A stretch of 25,775 bases of DNA, from contig WBXG01000022.1 in NCBI GenBank assembly GCA_008932965.1, forward strand, positions 1 through 25,775, read 5' to 3'. The notes below the pieces were generated by a model. That model saw only the letters and a list, made by a program, of their open reading frames with translations, was not told the DNA's origin and made no database searches. The translations under genes were made by a program, and so were the position numbers. Positions 16,196 through 24,402 of this stretch are shown piece after piece; within the stretch, counting starts at the first letter, position 1; every line of letters starts with the position of its first letter. Origin of the DNA: Verrucomicrobiota bacterium. GTDB lineage: Bacteria; Verrucomicrobiota; Verrucomicrobiia; Chthoniobacterales; UBA6821.

Positions 16196-18457
16196 TTAAA
16201 AGTCTTTAGATGTAGTGGCATCATAAAGAAATCGATTCCAATGATTTATTTCATCACTTGCTAAATTATATTTATCCTGAAAATTCTCATGAAATTTTGG
16301 AGGAAGTTTTGAAATGGCGTTGGATTGTACATCCCTTGCTCTTGATAATAAGTAAATAGCTTTTTTTATGTTATATAATCTCGACTGACTTAAATAATCA
16401 GGTTCCTCATGCATCACATCAGAATCATCATCGCTAGAATTAGATGACCAATCTTCATGAAAATAACAATTTTCTGTAGCATAAGCGGCGATTAGATGGG
16501 CTTCTTCTCCCTCACTCCAGCTTATTTCACTTTCCCAAAAAATAATTTCATATTCTACTTCCTCTAACCAATCATGCAGCATTTGATCATTATCTTGATG
16601 AGAGACGTGAGCTGAAAGTTCGTTGATTATTTTAGAAATAACTCCTTTCACAGAGCGGTAGGATGCTTGAGTATCATAGATTGCATCTCTTGCTTTCATC
16701 CAATTTAGATGAAATTTTTCTTCAAGTGAATCTCTATGAGTTGCTTCACAACTCAACAATTGAGCGACTTTTTCATGGCCTAATGCCCGGCGAAAAAGCC
16801 CCTCAATATTCCAGTAATCAAGGCTATTTTTAGCTTCAACAATCTCATCTGAAAATTCTTTCAAGCATGAATCATTACGAAGAGCTAACTGATGCCTATG
16901 CACGATATCTTTCCACAAATGAGCTAAATGTTCTGCAGAGTCAATGGCCTGGTTAAAAGAGTCCTCAAGAACTTCCAAAGAAGGAAGATCTGAAAAATCC
17001 AGTTCCTTCATCATTGATTCAAAGTCTGTTTGGTCTTTTTGCTCGAGTTCTTCTGCTTTTTTCAAATCAATTTGAATTTCCCAATAATCTAGCCAAAAGT
17101 CCCCTTTCCAAAAATTCTTTTTTTCCTCCACAGAACCTAGAAGCTGTTTCCAACCTTGAATACTCTTTTCTGAATTATTGTCTCTCTGTTCCATCATAAT
17201 CTCATAATGAATCATCAGTGTGAGCTTGTCCCACGAAACTAATACTCTGTCATGAGATTCCTTACTGGTATTCCATAGGCTTCTTATTTCTAAAGGCTTT
17301 AATTCAGAGGAAGTTTTCTTTAAAAATTGATTTTTAAAATCATGATATGTTTGTTCTTCACGAGTTATGAGATTTTTAAAAATTCTTTCAACTGATTTTT
17401 TTTTCTCTTGCTTTGAAAGTATGCGCCTTGAGGTAAGAGAGAGTATTTCTTTTTTATTTTTTAGAATATCCATCGTTTCATGATATTTTCCAAAAATCTG
17501 TTGCTCTTCTTCGAACTGGCGAGCCATCGCAATCCTCTGGAATGCCTTCGCTTTTAACCCTGGTAATTCACTTTGAATAGAATCTATCTCATTACTTCCT
17601 ACGAAACTTATTCTGATATCCTCATCAGATCTAGCAGCTGTTCCTAAAGGAGGGGATATTCTTCTTGTAGTTTCACCTGTTTCACTATTTGGAATCTTAC
17701 TGAGGTCAGTAATAGAATCTGGCATTCTAGGATGTTGAGAATTTCCTCTTAAAATGGAGTCGTTGTTGATTGGCTTTTTTACTACTACAATTCCACCTGC
17801 CAAAAGACTCACCACAAGTCCAATGATCTCGTCGACAAATTCATTAGCTACTATTATCGGACTGGGGCCAACTTGAGGAATAATGCTTGAGCTATTGTGA
17901 AACTCATAATGTATTGCATTAGATTTAAGATCATGATCTATTGAATAAGATGAAATTTTATTTGTATTATTGAATGCAGAAAAATTAATTTCATCATTGT
18001 TTGCATCGATGCACTGATGAGTTTTTATCTCATCTCTTTCATATTCACTGAGTGATAAGGCACTAGATTGCCCCCTTTTTATATTGAACCAATGAGAATA
18101 TTGGAATGCATCATTATAACTCATCACAGGGAATCTATACTCGCTTTGATGTAGTAGAGGTTGATAAACGTAATACCCAGGGGAACCAAAACGGACAATA
18201 GGAACTCTTATGATTCCTGAGGGTTCCTGTTCAAAAATTCCATAAGGATCCTGCGATACCTCTTCATTTAAAAAATCACAATAATCAAGAATCTTTTGTG
18301 AATTTTCATTTTCTAAATAATCATCATTCTTAGAAGCCGTGGATGGCTGATCTGCTCTTACTTGAATGACAAAAAGAGAGCTTGAAGCAATCAAAGTTAA
18401 GAGTAAAAAAGCAGCAAAGTATTTTTTTTTTAAAAACAGATATCTGTTCATAGTCAA
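16196..18457 (-). CDS. Orphan 753-aa membrane-anchored protein (signal peptide, about 190-aa exo-domain, one TM segment, about 525-aa Trp-rich helical region)
   Basis: This long uninterrupted ORF begins with the signal or anchor sequence FAAFLLLTLIASSSLFVIQVRA. A mid-protein TM segment reads IIGLVVSLLAGGIVVV. I recognise no family. By eye the DNA is more AT-rich than its neighbours. Confidence 0.6.
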   Translation of the reverse strand: MTMNRYLFLKKKYFAAFLLLTLIASSSLFVIQVRADQPSTASKNDDYLENENSQKILDYCDFLNEEVSQDPYGIFEQEPSGIIRVPIVRFGSPGYYVYQPLLHQSEYRFPVMSYNDAFQYSHWFNIKRGQSSALSLSEYERDEIKTHQCIDANNDEINFSAFNNTNKISSYSIDHDLKSNAIHYEFHNSSSIIPQVGPSPIIVANEFVDEIIGLVVSLLAGGIVVVKKPINNDSILRGNSQHPRMPDSITDLSKIPNSETGETTRRISPPLGTAARSDEDIRISFVGSNEIDSIQSELPGLKAKAFQRIAMARQFEEEQQIFGKYHETMDILKNKKEILSLTSRRILSKQEKKKSVERIFKNLITREEQTYHDFKNQFLKKTSSELKPLEIRSLWNTSKESHDRVLVSWDKLTLMIHYEIMMEQRDNNSEKSIQGWKQLLGSVEEKKNFWKGDFWLDYWEIQIDLKKAEELEQKDQTDFESMMKELDFSDLPSLEVLEDSFNQAIDSAEHLAHLWKDIVHRHQLALRNDSCLKEFSDEIVEAKNSLDYWNIEGLFRRALGHEKVAQLLSCEATHRDSLEEKFHLNWMKARDAIYDTQASYRSVKGVISKIINELSAHVSHQDNDQMLHDWLEEVEYEIIFWESEISWSEGEEAHLIAAYATENCYFHEDWSSNSSDDDSDVMHEEPDYLSQSRLYNIKKAIYLLSRARDVQSNAISKLPPKFHENFQDKYNLASDEINHWNRFLYDATTSKDF

Positions 18458-18504
18458 AAGGAATAAAATAATCTTCTATGATATTAGTATGACTACATTA
18501 ACTT

Positions 18505-19293
18505 TTATTTTTTCTTATTAAATTTTTGATAATAATAATGAATGGCTTCAGCAGTACCTTCTCCTGCCTCATATTGTGAAATACGGCCATTAGCTTTCTG
18601 GACGATTGCCTTAACCTCACGATGGGCATTGGACGGACACGCAACCATACTGGCAACCTCCCCGTCTAACATAGAAAGATCATTATAATGATCACCAATC
18701 GCTAAAATATTATTTGCTTGAAGGGACAAAAGAGAACTTAACTCTCTCAAAACTTTACCCTTATCATAATGCTTATGACAAAATCTCATATAATGACTAC
18801 TTCTTTGAAACGAGAAATTATTAGGGCGATGAGGAAGAGAATCCACCTGCAATACTATCTCATCTAGTAATTCCTCTTTCTCAGCAATCAACATTTCGGG
18901 AACCCCGTCATGATTTTCGAGAAGGGTGGTTTCATCTGAATATTGAGCAATAAGATTTTTAATCTGCTCAAAAAAACGCCCACTTTTTCTGAATAGTTCG
19001 GCATGTAGAGAATCACAATGTCGATTCCACTCTTCAAAGGGTTTCCACCCTTTTTTTTTGTTATGACGATACAGGTGTCTCTCACTAGTGATAATATAAT
19101 CAGGTTCTACTGGGGCATTAAAATATTCTAAACCTTCCAGTAAATATAAAAAATCTCTTCCTGTATTGATCGACCAAACAATTTCATCATTTTTGATTTT
19201 TTCTAGAGCTAGTGCCAAACAATCAACACAGGACTCATGAGGAGTATATCCAATAGAGGTTCCATCAAAATCTGTGGCCAGTAGCTTTAGCAT
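18505..19293 (-). CDS. HAD-superfamily hydrolase (Cof/IIB-like phosphatase)
   Basis: Motif I is ATDFDGT, there is a NTGR-containing motif, and motif IV is GDHYNDLSM. The protein is 262 aa. Confidence 0.75.
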   Translation of the reverse strand: MLKLLATDFDGTSIGYTPHESCVDCLALALEKIKNDEIVWSINTGRDFLYLLEGLEYFNAPVEPDYIITSERHLYRHNKKKGWKPFEEWNRHCDSLHAELFRKSGRFFEQIKNLIAQYSDETTLLENHDGVPEMLIAEKEELLDEIVLQVDSLPHRPNNFSFQRSSHYMRFCHKHYDKGKVLRELSSLLSLQANNILAIGDHYNDLSMLDGEVASMVACPSNAHREVKAIVQKANGRISQYEAGEGTAEAIHYYYQKFNKKK

Positions 19294-19315
19294 GAAAATA
19301 AAGTCATCACTTTTA

Positions 19316-20017
19316 TTAGGAATGGTTTTTCTTGTATCTCTCTTGAAGGATCTCGATCGTTAATGAAAAGGATACAATGCCATAAAGAGTAGTTTTATCA
19401 ATGCAATACCCCAATCCCTCAGCTACAAAAGAAGCTCCAAGAAGAATGAGAAAGAGAAGGGCAATCATTTTAAGGGAGCGGTAGCGCAGGATAAATTCAC
19501 CAACAGGCCCAATATAAAAAAGAAGGGCAATAAAAGAGAAAATGACTGCTGTAATAATAATTAAAAGGTGAGAGGTGAGCCCTATTGCCGTTATGACTGA
19601 ATCAATCGAAAAAATAAGATCTAAGATGACAATTTGAATCACCACAGAAGCCAGGTTTTGTGTTAAAGCAGTAATAGAAGGACTCTTTTCCTTATGTTCA
19701 ACCATGCAGTATAATTCATTGGCAGTTTTACCAATGAGAAAAAATCCTCCTAAAATTAAAGCCAGGTCTCTTGCTGAAAAATGGAAAATAAGAGGAGATT
19801 TCATCTGAACAACATAAAAAGCTCCTACAACAAAGAGCAGACGCAAAAGAAGCGCTAATAAGAGTCCAATCCTTCGGGCTTGCTGACGCACAGATGGTAC
19901 CAGGGGGGCAACAATCAGTGAAATCACCAAGATATTATCAATGCCTAAAATGAGTTCAAATCCTACGAGGAGGAAAAAAGTAAGCAGATTGTCCCAATGA
20001 AAAAAAGAGAGGTCCAT
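19316..20017 (-). CDS. TerC-family integral membrane protein
   Basis: 233 aa, polytopic. It has paired LGIDNILVISL and FSIDSVITAIG motifs typical of TerC/Alx-type proteins. Confidence 0.75.
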   Translation of the reverse strand: MDLSFFHWDNLLTFFLLVGFELILGIDNILVISLIVAPLVPSVRQQARRIGLLLALLLRLLFVVGAFYVVQMKSPLIFHFSARDLALILGGFFLIGKTANELYCMVEHKEKSPSITALTQNLASVVIQIVILDLIFSIDSVITAIGLTSHLLIIITAVIFSFIALLFYIGPVGEFILRYRSLKMIALLFLILLGASFVAEGLGYCIDKTTLYGIVSFSLTIEILQERYKKNHS

Positions 20018-20086
20018 AAGAAAAGAATATCAATACAAGCTGCCATATTAAATTCTCTTTATGGAAACCAAAGATAATTTCTCATG

Positions 20087-20107
20087 AATCCGAATATTTC
20101 ACTTCGA
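20087..20107 (+). repeat. Solo TIR-like fragment G of the MITE-like family
   Basis: AATCCGAATATTTCACTTCGA matches the left TIR of copy B, preceded by its flanking A at 3509 (AACCCGAATATTTCATACTGA), at 16 of 21 positions. It overlaps the TGA stop (20099-20101) of the MFS gene. No interior sequence is present. Confidence 0.35.
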
Positions 20108-21319
20108 GATTCTGCGAACCGGTATTTTAAATAGACAAATAAGAGCGATAACAAGGAATCCTGCGGCAGTCCAAAAAGCTGTCTGTGCATAATATGCTTT
20201 GCTCACACTACAAAAATTTACTTGCAACAAAATACCTCCTAAGAGAGGACCAAAGCAACGTGCCAAGCATCCAGCTGATTGATAAAAGCCAAAAGCGGCA
20301 CCCTGCCATTGCTCATGAGTTGTACGTGAAACAATTGCAGGAAGAGATGGAGTAATAAGACTATCTCCTAGTGCCATCATCACACAGGCAAGGACAGCAA
20401 GACTAACGCTCCAACTTAAAGGAATGAAAAAAAAGGAGGTCATTAAAAAACCAGCCCCGAGGATGGCCAGCAATCGATCACAAACATATTTCGATAACAA
20501 ACCAAAAAGACCTCCTTCAAGAACAATAGCAATGATTCCAAACATTGCATAAATAGAACCAGTCTGTTGTTCACTCATTCCATAACGATGGTAGAAAAAA
20601 AGAACCAGCAAGGTGGTCACCATCGAGAAACCAAGAACGAAAAAAAAGAAAGCCATCAGCACAGGAATATAAGTCTTTTTTTCAACATGCTTTAAAAGCA
20701 TTAGCAAGGAAGTGTGCTCGGGCTCTTTATCTTTTTTTCGCAATGTTTCTGGAAGAAAAAGGAAGATAAGCAAAAAATTCATCGCTGCTAAGCCCGCTGT
20801 GACAAGCATTGGAGCAGCAAAACCGTAATGACAGCAGAGCCACCCCCCTAATGCGGGCCCCATAATAAATCCAATACCATAAGCCGCTCCTATCACTTTT
20901 CCCATCATGGAGGAACGCTCCTCGGGTGTTGAAATATCAGATAGAGAGGCTTGAACAACGCTGATATTACCACCAGCAGCTCCATCGATCACACGAGCTA
21001 CCATCATGATCGTGATAGAACGCGTTAATCCCATCGTAAGATAGCCCATCATGGTTCCAAAAATACTGATTATTAAGACAGGCTTGCGTCCGATACGATC
21101 TGAAAGGTGCCCCCAAAAAGGAAGCATGAAGAGTTGCGCAAGAGAAAAAATTCCTACCAATAGACCCATCTGCCATGAAGCCGCACCTAGGGTCTCAACA
21201 TAACGCGGGAGTATTGGCATCACGATACCAAAACCAAGCATATCAATAAAAACAGTAAAAAAGAGAATTCCAACTTGAAGCTGCTTGCGTGTCATCACAA
21301 AAAGATAGTCCTTCTTCAT
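20099..21319 (-). CDS. MFS transporter (drug/H+ antiporter-like, 12-TM type)
   Basis: 406 aa with MFS motif A, GHLSDRIGRKPVL, and many TM segments. Confidence 0.85.
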   Translation of the reverse strand: MKKDYLFVMTRKQLQVGILFFTVFIDMLGFGIVMPILPRYVETLGAASWQMGLLVGIFSLAQLFMLPFWGHLSDRIGRKPVLIISIFGTMMGYLTMGLTRSITIMMVARVIDGAAGGNISVVQASLSDISTPEERSSMMGKVIGAAYGIGFIMGPALGGWLCCHYGFAAPMLVTAGLAAMNFLLIFLFLPETLRKKDKEPEHTSLLMLLKHVEKKTYIPVLMAFFFFVLGFSMVTTLLVLFFYHRYGMSEQQTGSIYAMFGIIAIVLEGGLFGLLSKYVCDRLLAILGAGFLMTSFFFIPLSWSVSLAVLACVMMALGDSLITPSLPAIVSRTTHEQWQGAAFGFYQSAGCLARCFGPLLGGILLQVNFCSVSKAYYAQTAFWTAAGFLVIALICLFKIPVRRISK

Positions 21320-21341
21320 GATTTATGCTCATATTTTCTTC

Positions 21342-21523
21342 AACCGTGTATTTCATACCGAAGTGTTATGAGACTATGAGCGAAGCTGATGAGTACAAGG
21401 AGAGCAAAGGGTTGTGATGCCGGGCTGTATCTCTTGCTACTGCCCGAGGAAGACTTAGAGCTTGGGCGCAGCATCCAGCTGGCTTCCCGACCTCCGCAGT
21501 AGATTGGTACGAAATATGCGGGT
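21342..21523 (+). mobile_element. MITE-like repeat, copy E (182 bp, complete, closest to copy A)
   Basis: TIRs are AACCGTGTATTTCATACCGA and TTGGTACGAAATATGCGGGT. The interior AGTACAAGGAG.GC.AAGG.TTG.GATGCCGGGCTGTAT...CTGCCCGAGGAAGACTT.GAGCT is nearly identical to copy A. TA is present at the right end only (21524-21525). It lies between the divergent MFS and catalase genes. Confidence 0.8.
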
Positions 21524-21578
21524 TAAGTAGAGGAGTATCAAATATACAGGTTAGTATTCACAATAAATTCCAAGTGCT

Positions 21579-23021
21579 ATGAGCAATTCAAAAACCATTA
21601 CAACAACATCAGGCATTCCTATTGCTAATAATCAATATAGTCTTACGGCTGGTCCTCGTGGACCTTTGTTGCTTGCTGACTACCAACTTTTAGAAAAGCT
21701 AGCTCATCAAAATCGAGAACGTATTGCTGAAAGAACAGTTCATGCAAAGGGTTCTGGTGCTTATGGGACACTTACTATTACTGAAGATATTTCTCAGTAC
21801 ACACGTGCTCTTGTTTTACAACCGGGGACAAAAACAGAGTGTCTTGCCCGTTTTTCGACAGTAGCAGGAGAATCAGGTGCTGCCGATGCGGAGCGCGATG
21901 TGAGGGGTTTCTCTCTCAAGTTTTATACGGATGAGGGAAATTGGGATATGGTAGGAAACAACACTCCTGTTTTCTTTGTCCGTGATCCCTATAAGTTTCC
22001 AGATTTTATCCATACGCAGAAGCGTCACCCCAAGACACACCTACGCAGTAGTACAGCCATGTGGGATTTTTGGTCCCTCATGCCAGAAAGCTTACATCAG
22101 GTAACAATACTATTTTCTGATCGTGGCATTCCCCTAAATCTTCGTCATATGAATGGTTATGGAAGCCATACCTTTAGTCTCATTGATCAACATGGAAAAC
22201 GATGTTGGGTGAAATTTCACTTCAAGACACTGCAAGGAATCAAATTCATGACTAATGCTGAGTCTACGGAGCTCATCGGACGGGATCGTGAGAGTAACCA
22301 GCGCGATCTTTACAATGCAATTGCTTCCAAAAATTTTCCTCAATGGAAATTTCAAATTCAACTCATGACTCAGGAGCAAGCAGCGGCAGCTCCCTTCAAT
22401 CCTTTTGACCTCACGAAAATATGGCCCCATCGAGACTACCCGATGATGGATGTTGGTATTCTAGAATTAAATCGCAATCCCGAAAATTATTTTGCAGAAA
22501 TTGAACAGTCTGCCTTTAGCCCTGCAAACGTTGTTCCGGGAATTAGTTTTTCTCCAGATAAAATGTTACAAGCGCGTATTTTTAGTTATGGAGATGCTCA
22601 TCGCCATCGACTAGGAACACACTATGAAATGTTACCAGTGAATCGTCCTAAACATCCTGCTGTGACCTATCACCTCGATGGTGCTATGCGTTTTGATGAA
22701 CCTAAAATAGGAGATGCCTATTATGAGCCTAATAGCTTTGGTGGGCCAAAAGAAGATCCCAGCTATGCAGAGCCTTCGACAGATCTTGGTTATGTTGTTG
22801 CCGATCGTTATAATGGAAGTCACGAGAACGATGATTTCACCCAAGCTGGTGACCTCTTCCGCCTCATGTCCGATGCAGAACAACAACGTCTCTTTTCCAA
22901 TATTGCAGAGGCTATGAAAGATGTACCTCTGGAAATTATAGAACGTCAATGTGTTCATTTCTCCAAAGCGGACCCTGCTTATGGAGCAGGTGTTCGAGTT
23001 GCACTTGGCATCAAGTCATAA
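21579..23021 (+). CDS. katA: Monofunctional heme catalase (small-subunit type)
   Basis: 480 aa. It has the distal-His region [16 protein letters not shown], the block [26 protein letters not shown], and the proximal-Tyr motif [14 protein letters not shown]. Confidence 0.92.
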   Translation: MSNSKTITTTSGIPIANNQYSLTAGPRGPLLLADYQLLEKLAHQNRERIAERTVHAKGSGAYGTLTITEDISQYTRALVLQPGTKTECLARFSTVAGESGAADAERDVRGFSLKFYTDEGNWDMVGNNTPVFFVRDPYKFPDFIHTQKRHPKTHLRSSTAMWDFWSLMPESLHQVTILFSDRGIPLNLRHMNGYGSHTFSLIDQHGKRCWVKFHFKTLQGIKFMTNAESTELIGRDRESNQRDLYNAIASKNFPQWKFQIQLMTQEQAAAAPFNPFDLTKIWPHRDYPMMDVGILELNRNPENYFAEIEQSAFSPANVVPGISFSPDKMLQARIFSYGDAHRHRLGTHYEMLPVNRPKHPAVTYHLDGAMRFDEPKIGDAYYEPNSFGGPKEDPSYAEPSTDLGYVVADRYNGSHENDDFTQAGDLFRLMSDAEQQRLFSNIAEAMKDVPLEIIERQCVHFSKADPAYGAGVRVALGIKS

Positions 23022-23084
23022 AGAAACACTAAAGATAATTTCAGAACTTCCCCAAGACAAAGAGAATGACCAAAATAATTTCTA

Positions 23085-23621
23085 ATGCTTTTAAAAGACG
23101 ATGATGAAAAGAGATATCTAGAGCTTCAAGAACAAGCTCTTGATGATGCACGTGAGGGTGAATCAGAATCCCTTAAGAAGATGCTAGAGCATGGATTGCC
23201 AGTTAATTTAGCCAACAGTAAAGGAAATACGCTGCTCATGCTTGCGGCTTATCACGATCATCCCACAACAGTTCAGCTCCTCTTGGACTATGGTGCAGAG
23301 GTTGACCGGCCTAATGATCGAGGTCAAACACCACTTGCTGGGGTGGCTTTTAAAGGCTTTGTGGAGGTAGCAAAACTATTACTCGATTCAGGTGCAAATC
23401 CCCTCACCCCTCAAGGAAACACAGGAACCACCATGGGCATAGAAATGACCCCACTTCGCTTTGCTATGCTCTTTGGAAGGAAGGAAATTCAAAAGCTCTT
23501 CGAAGAGCACCTTGCTTTACCTCAATCCCAGAGGTTTCCATTTTTGCTTAGGATGGCCTCTTTTTTTAGAAAATGGTTCCTAAGAACGCGAATCGAAATC
23601 AAAGAGAAGAATAAGGCTTGA
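23085..23621 (+). CDS. Ankyrin-repeat protein downstream of catalase
   Basis: It has ANK repeat consensus: GNTLLMLAAYHDHPTTVQLLLDYGAEVDRPNDRGQTPLAGVAFKGFVEVAKLLLDSGANP. The C-terminus is hydrophobic and basic. Confidence 0.8.
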   Translation: MLLKDDDEKRYLELQEQALDDAREGESESLKKMLEHGLPVNLANSKGNTLLMLAAYHDHPTTVQLLLDYGAEVDRPNDRGQTPLAGVAFKGFVEVAKLLLDSGANPLTPQGNTGTTMGIEMTPLRFAMLFGRKEIQKLFEEHLALPQSQRFPFLLRMASFFRKWFLRTRIEIKEKNKA

Positions 23622-23643
23622 TTTCAATAAAGAGGACCCAGAT

Positions 23644-24189
23644 TTATTTCGTAGGAACAAATTCAGTAATTTTGGTCCCTTGTATACTTAAGGATGCCAT
23701 CAGCCCACGCTGACTAAAAAAGAGAGCATACATTCCATGTTGGAGTGTTGTTGTGGAAAATGATCCTGAAGCTCCTGCATCTAAAACGACTAAGCTTGGA
23801 GCTCCCCCAAGTTCAAAGCCATCACTTTTTTGAAGATAGCTCAGTGCTTCCTGGTTCATAAAAAAGAGTGCATATCCAAAACGTTGAATTCCTGCTTGCA
23901 GACCATAGGAAGCAGAGGAGGTATTATAATAACCGGCAACTTTTCCTTCACGAAAGAGAACTCCATCTCCACGTCCTGCTCCAAAAATCAATGCACCTTT
24001 AATAATTTCTGGAAAAACAAGAACAGCTATTGCCTTATTTCCCAATTCAGCTGCTTTAGGATTATTTTTATAAAGCCGGGTCAATGCTTCTTCTGATTTT
24101 TTTTCAAGCTTCTGTGAGCTCCACGCCATGGACTGCTCTGAGCAAAGAAGAAGCACCAGTAGCGTGAGGAGTAAGGTTATTTTTTTCAT
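23644..24189 (-). CDS. Secreted SYLF/Ysc84-like (DUF500) domain protein
   Basis: The signal peptide is MKKITLLLTLLVLLLCSEQSMA. The Gly-rich beta pattern (GAGRGDGVL...SYGLQAG...LGGAPS...GASG) resembles SYLF domain proteins as I remember them. Confidence 0.55.
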   Translation of the reverse strand: MKKITLLLTLLVLLLCSEQSMAWSSQKLEKKSEEALTRLYKNNPKAAELGNKAIAVLVFPEIIKGALIFGAGRGDGVLFREGKVAGYYNTSSASYGLQAGIQRFGYALFFMNQEALSYLQKSDGFELGGAPSLVVLDAGASGSFSTTTLQHGMYALFFSQRGLMASLSIQGTKITEFVPTK

Positions 24190-24205
24190 GGTTATTTTTT
24201 AAGTT

Positions 24206-24247
24206 AGCCCGAATATTTCATGCTGAAGGGTTGTTAGAGACTCCTCT
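24206..24247 (+). repeat. MITE-like repeat fragment F (left TIR plus about 20 nt)
   Basis: GCCCGAATATTTCATGCTGAAGGGTTGTTAGAGACT matches the left end of copy E. It is preceded by TA (24204-24205). It is cut off exactly at the 3' end of tRNA-Lys. Confidence 0.6.
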
Positions 24248-24322
<75 letters not shown>

Positions 24323-24402
24323 AAAAAGTTGAGTAGGTAATTCTACACAGATTCATCCCAAGAATGAAAAAGAAAAATTCTTAAAATAGAATGACTCTAG
24401 GG

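Noticed and set aside
20018-20098. yybP-ykoY (Mn2+) riboswitch upstream of the TerC-family gene
   Set aside because: The leader is only 81 nt and lacks the conserved GGGGAGUAG-type core. I could not identify a four-way-junction-like pairing.
21526-21578. PerR/OxyR-type operator upstream of catalase (TTAGTATTCACAATAAATT)
   Set aside because: It has only weak, partial dyad symmetry and no convincing match to either consensus.
161-24247. Could the recurring about 180-bp units be a CRISPR array or a tandem repeat?
   Set aside because: The copies are separated by whole genes at irregular distances of kilobases. They are far longer than CRISPR repeats, occur in both orientations, and have TIRs with TA flanks. 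This is a dispersed mobile-type repeat.
16196-24247. Genomic island integrated at tRNA-Lys, covering the AT-rich orphan through the SYLF-like gene
   Set aside because: I found no integrase, no direct repeat of the tRNA-Lys 3' end, and mostly ordinary housekeeping-type genes in between. Only the truncated repeat at the tRNA end hints at rearrangement.
24340-24375. AAGAAT…ATTCTT inverted repeat downstream of the helicase gene, considered as a terminator
   Set aside because: The stem is 6 bp and entirely A/T, with a long A-rich loop. It is too weak to call.
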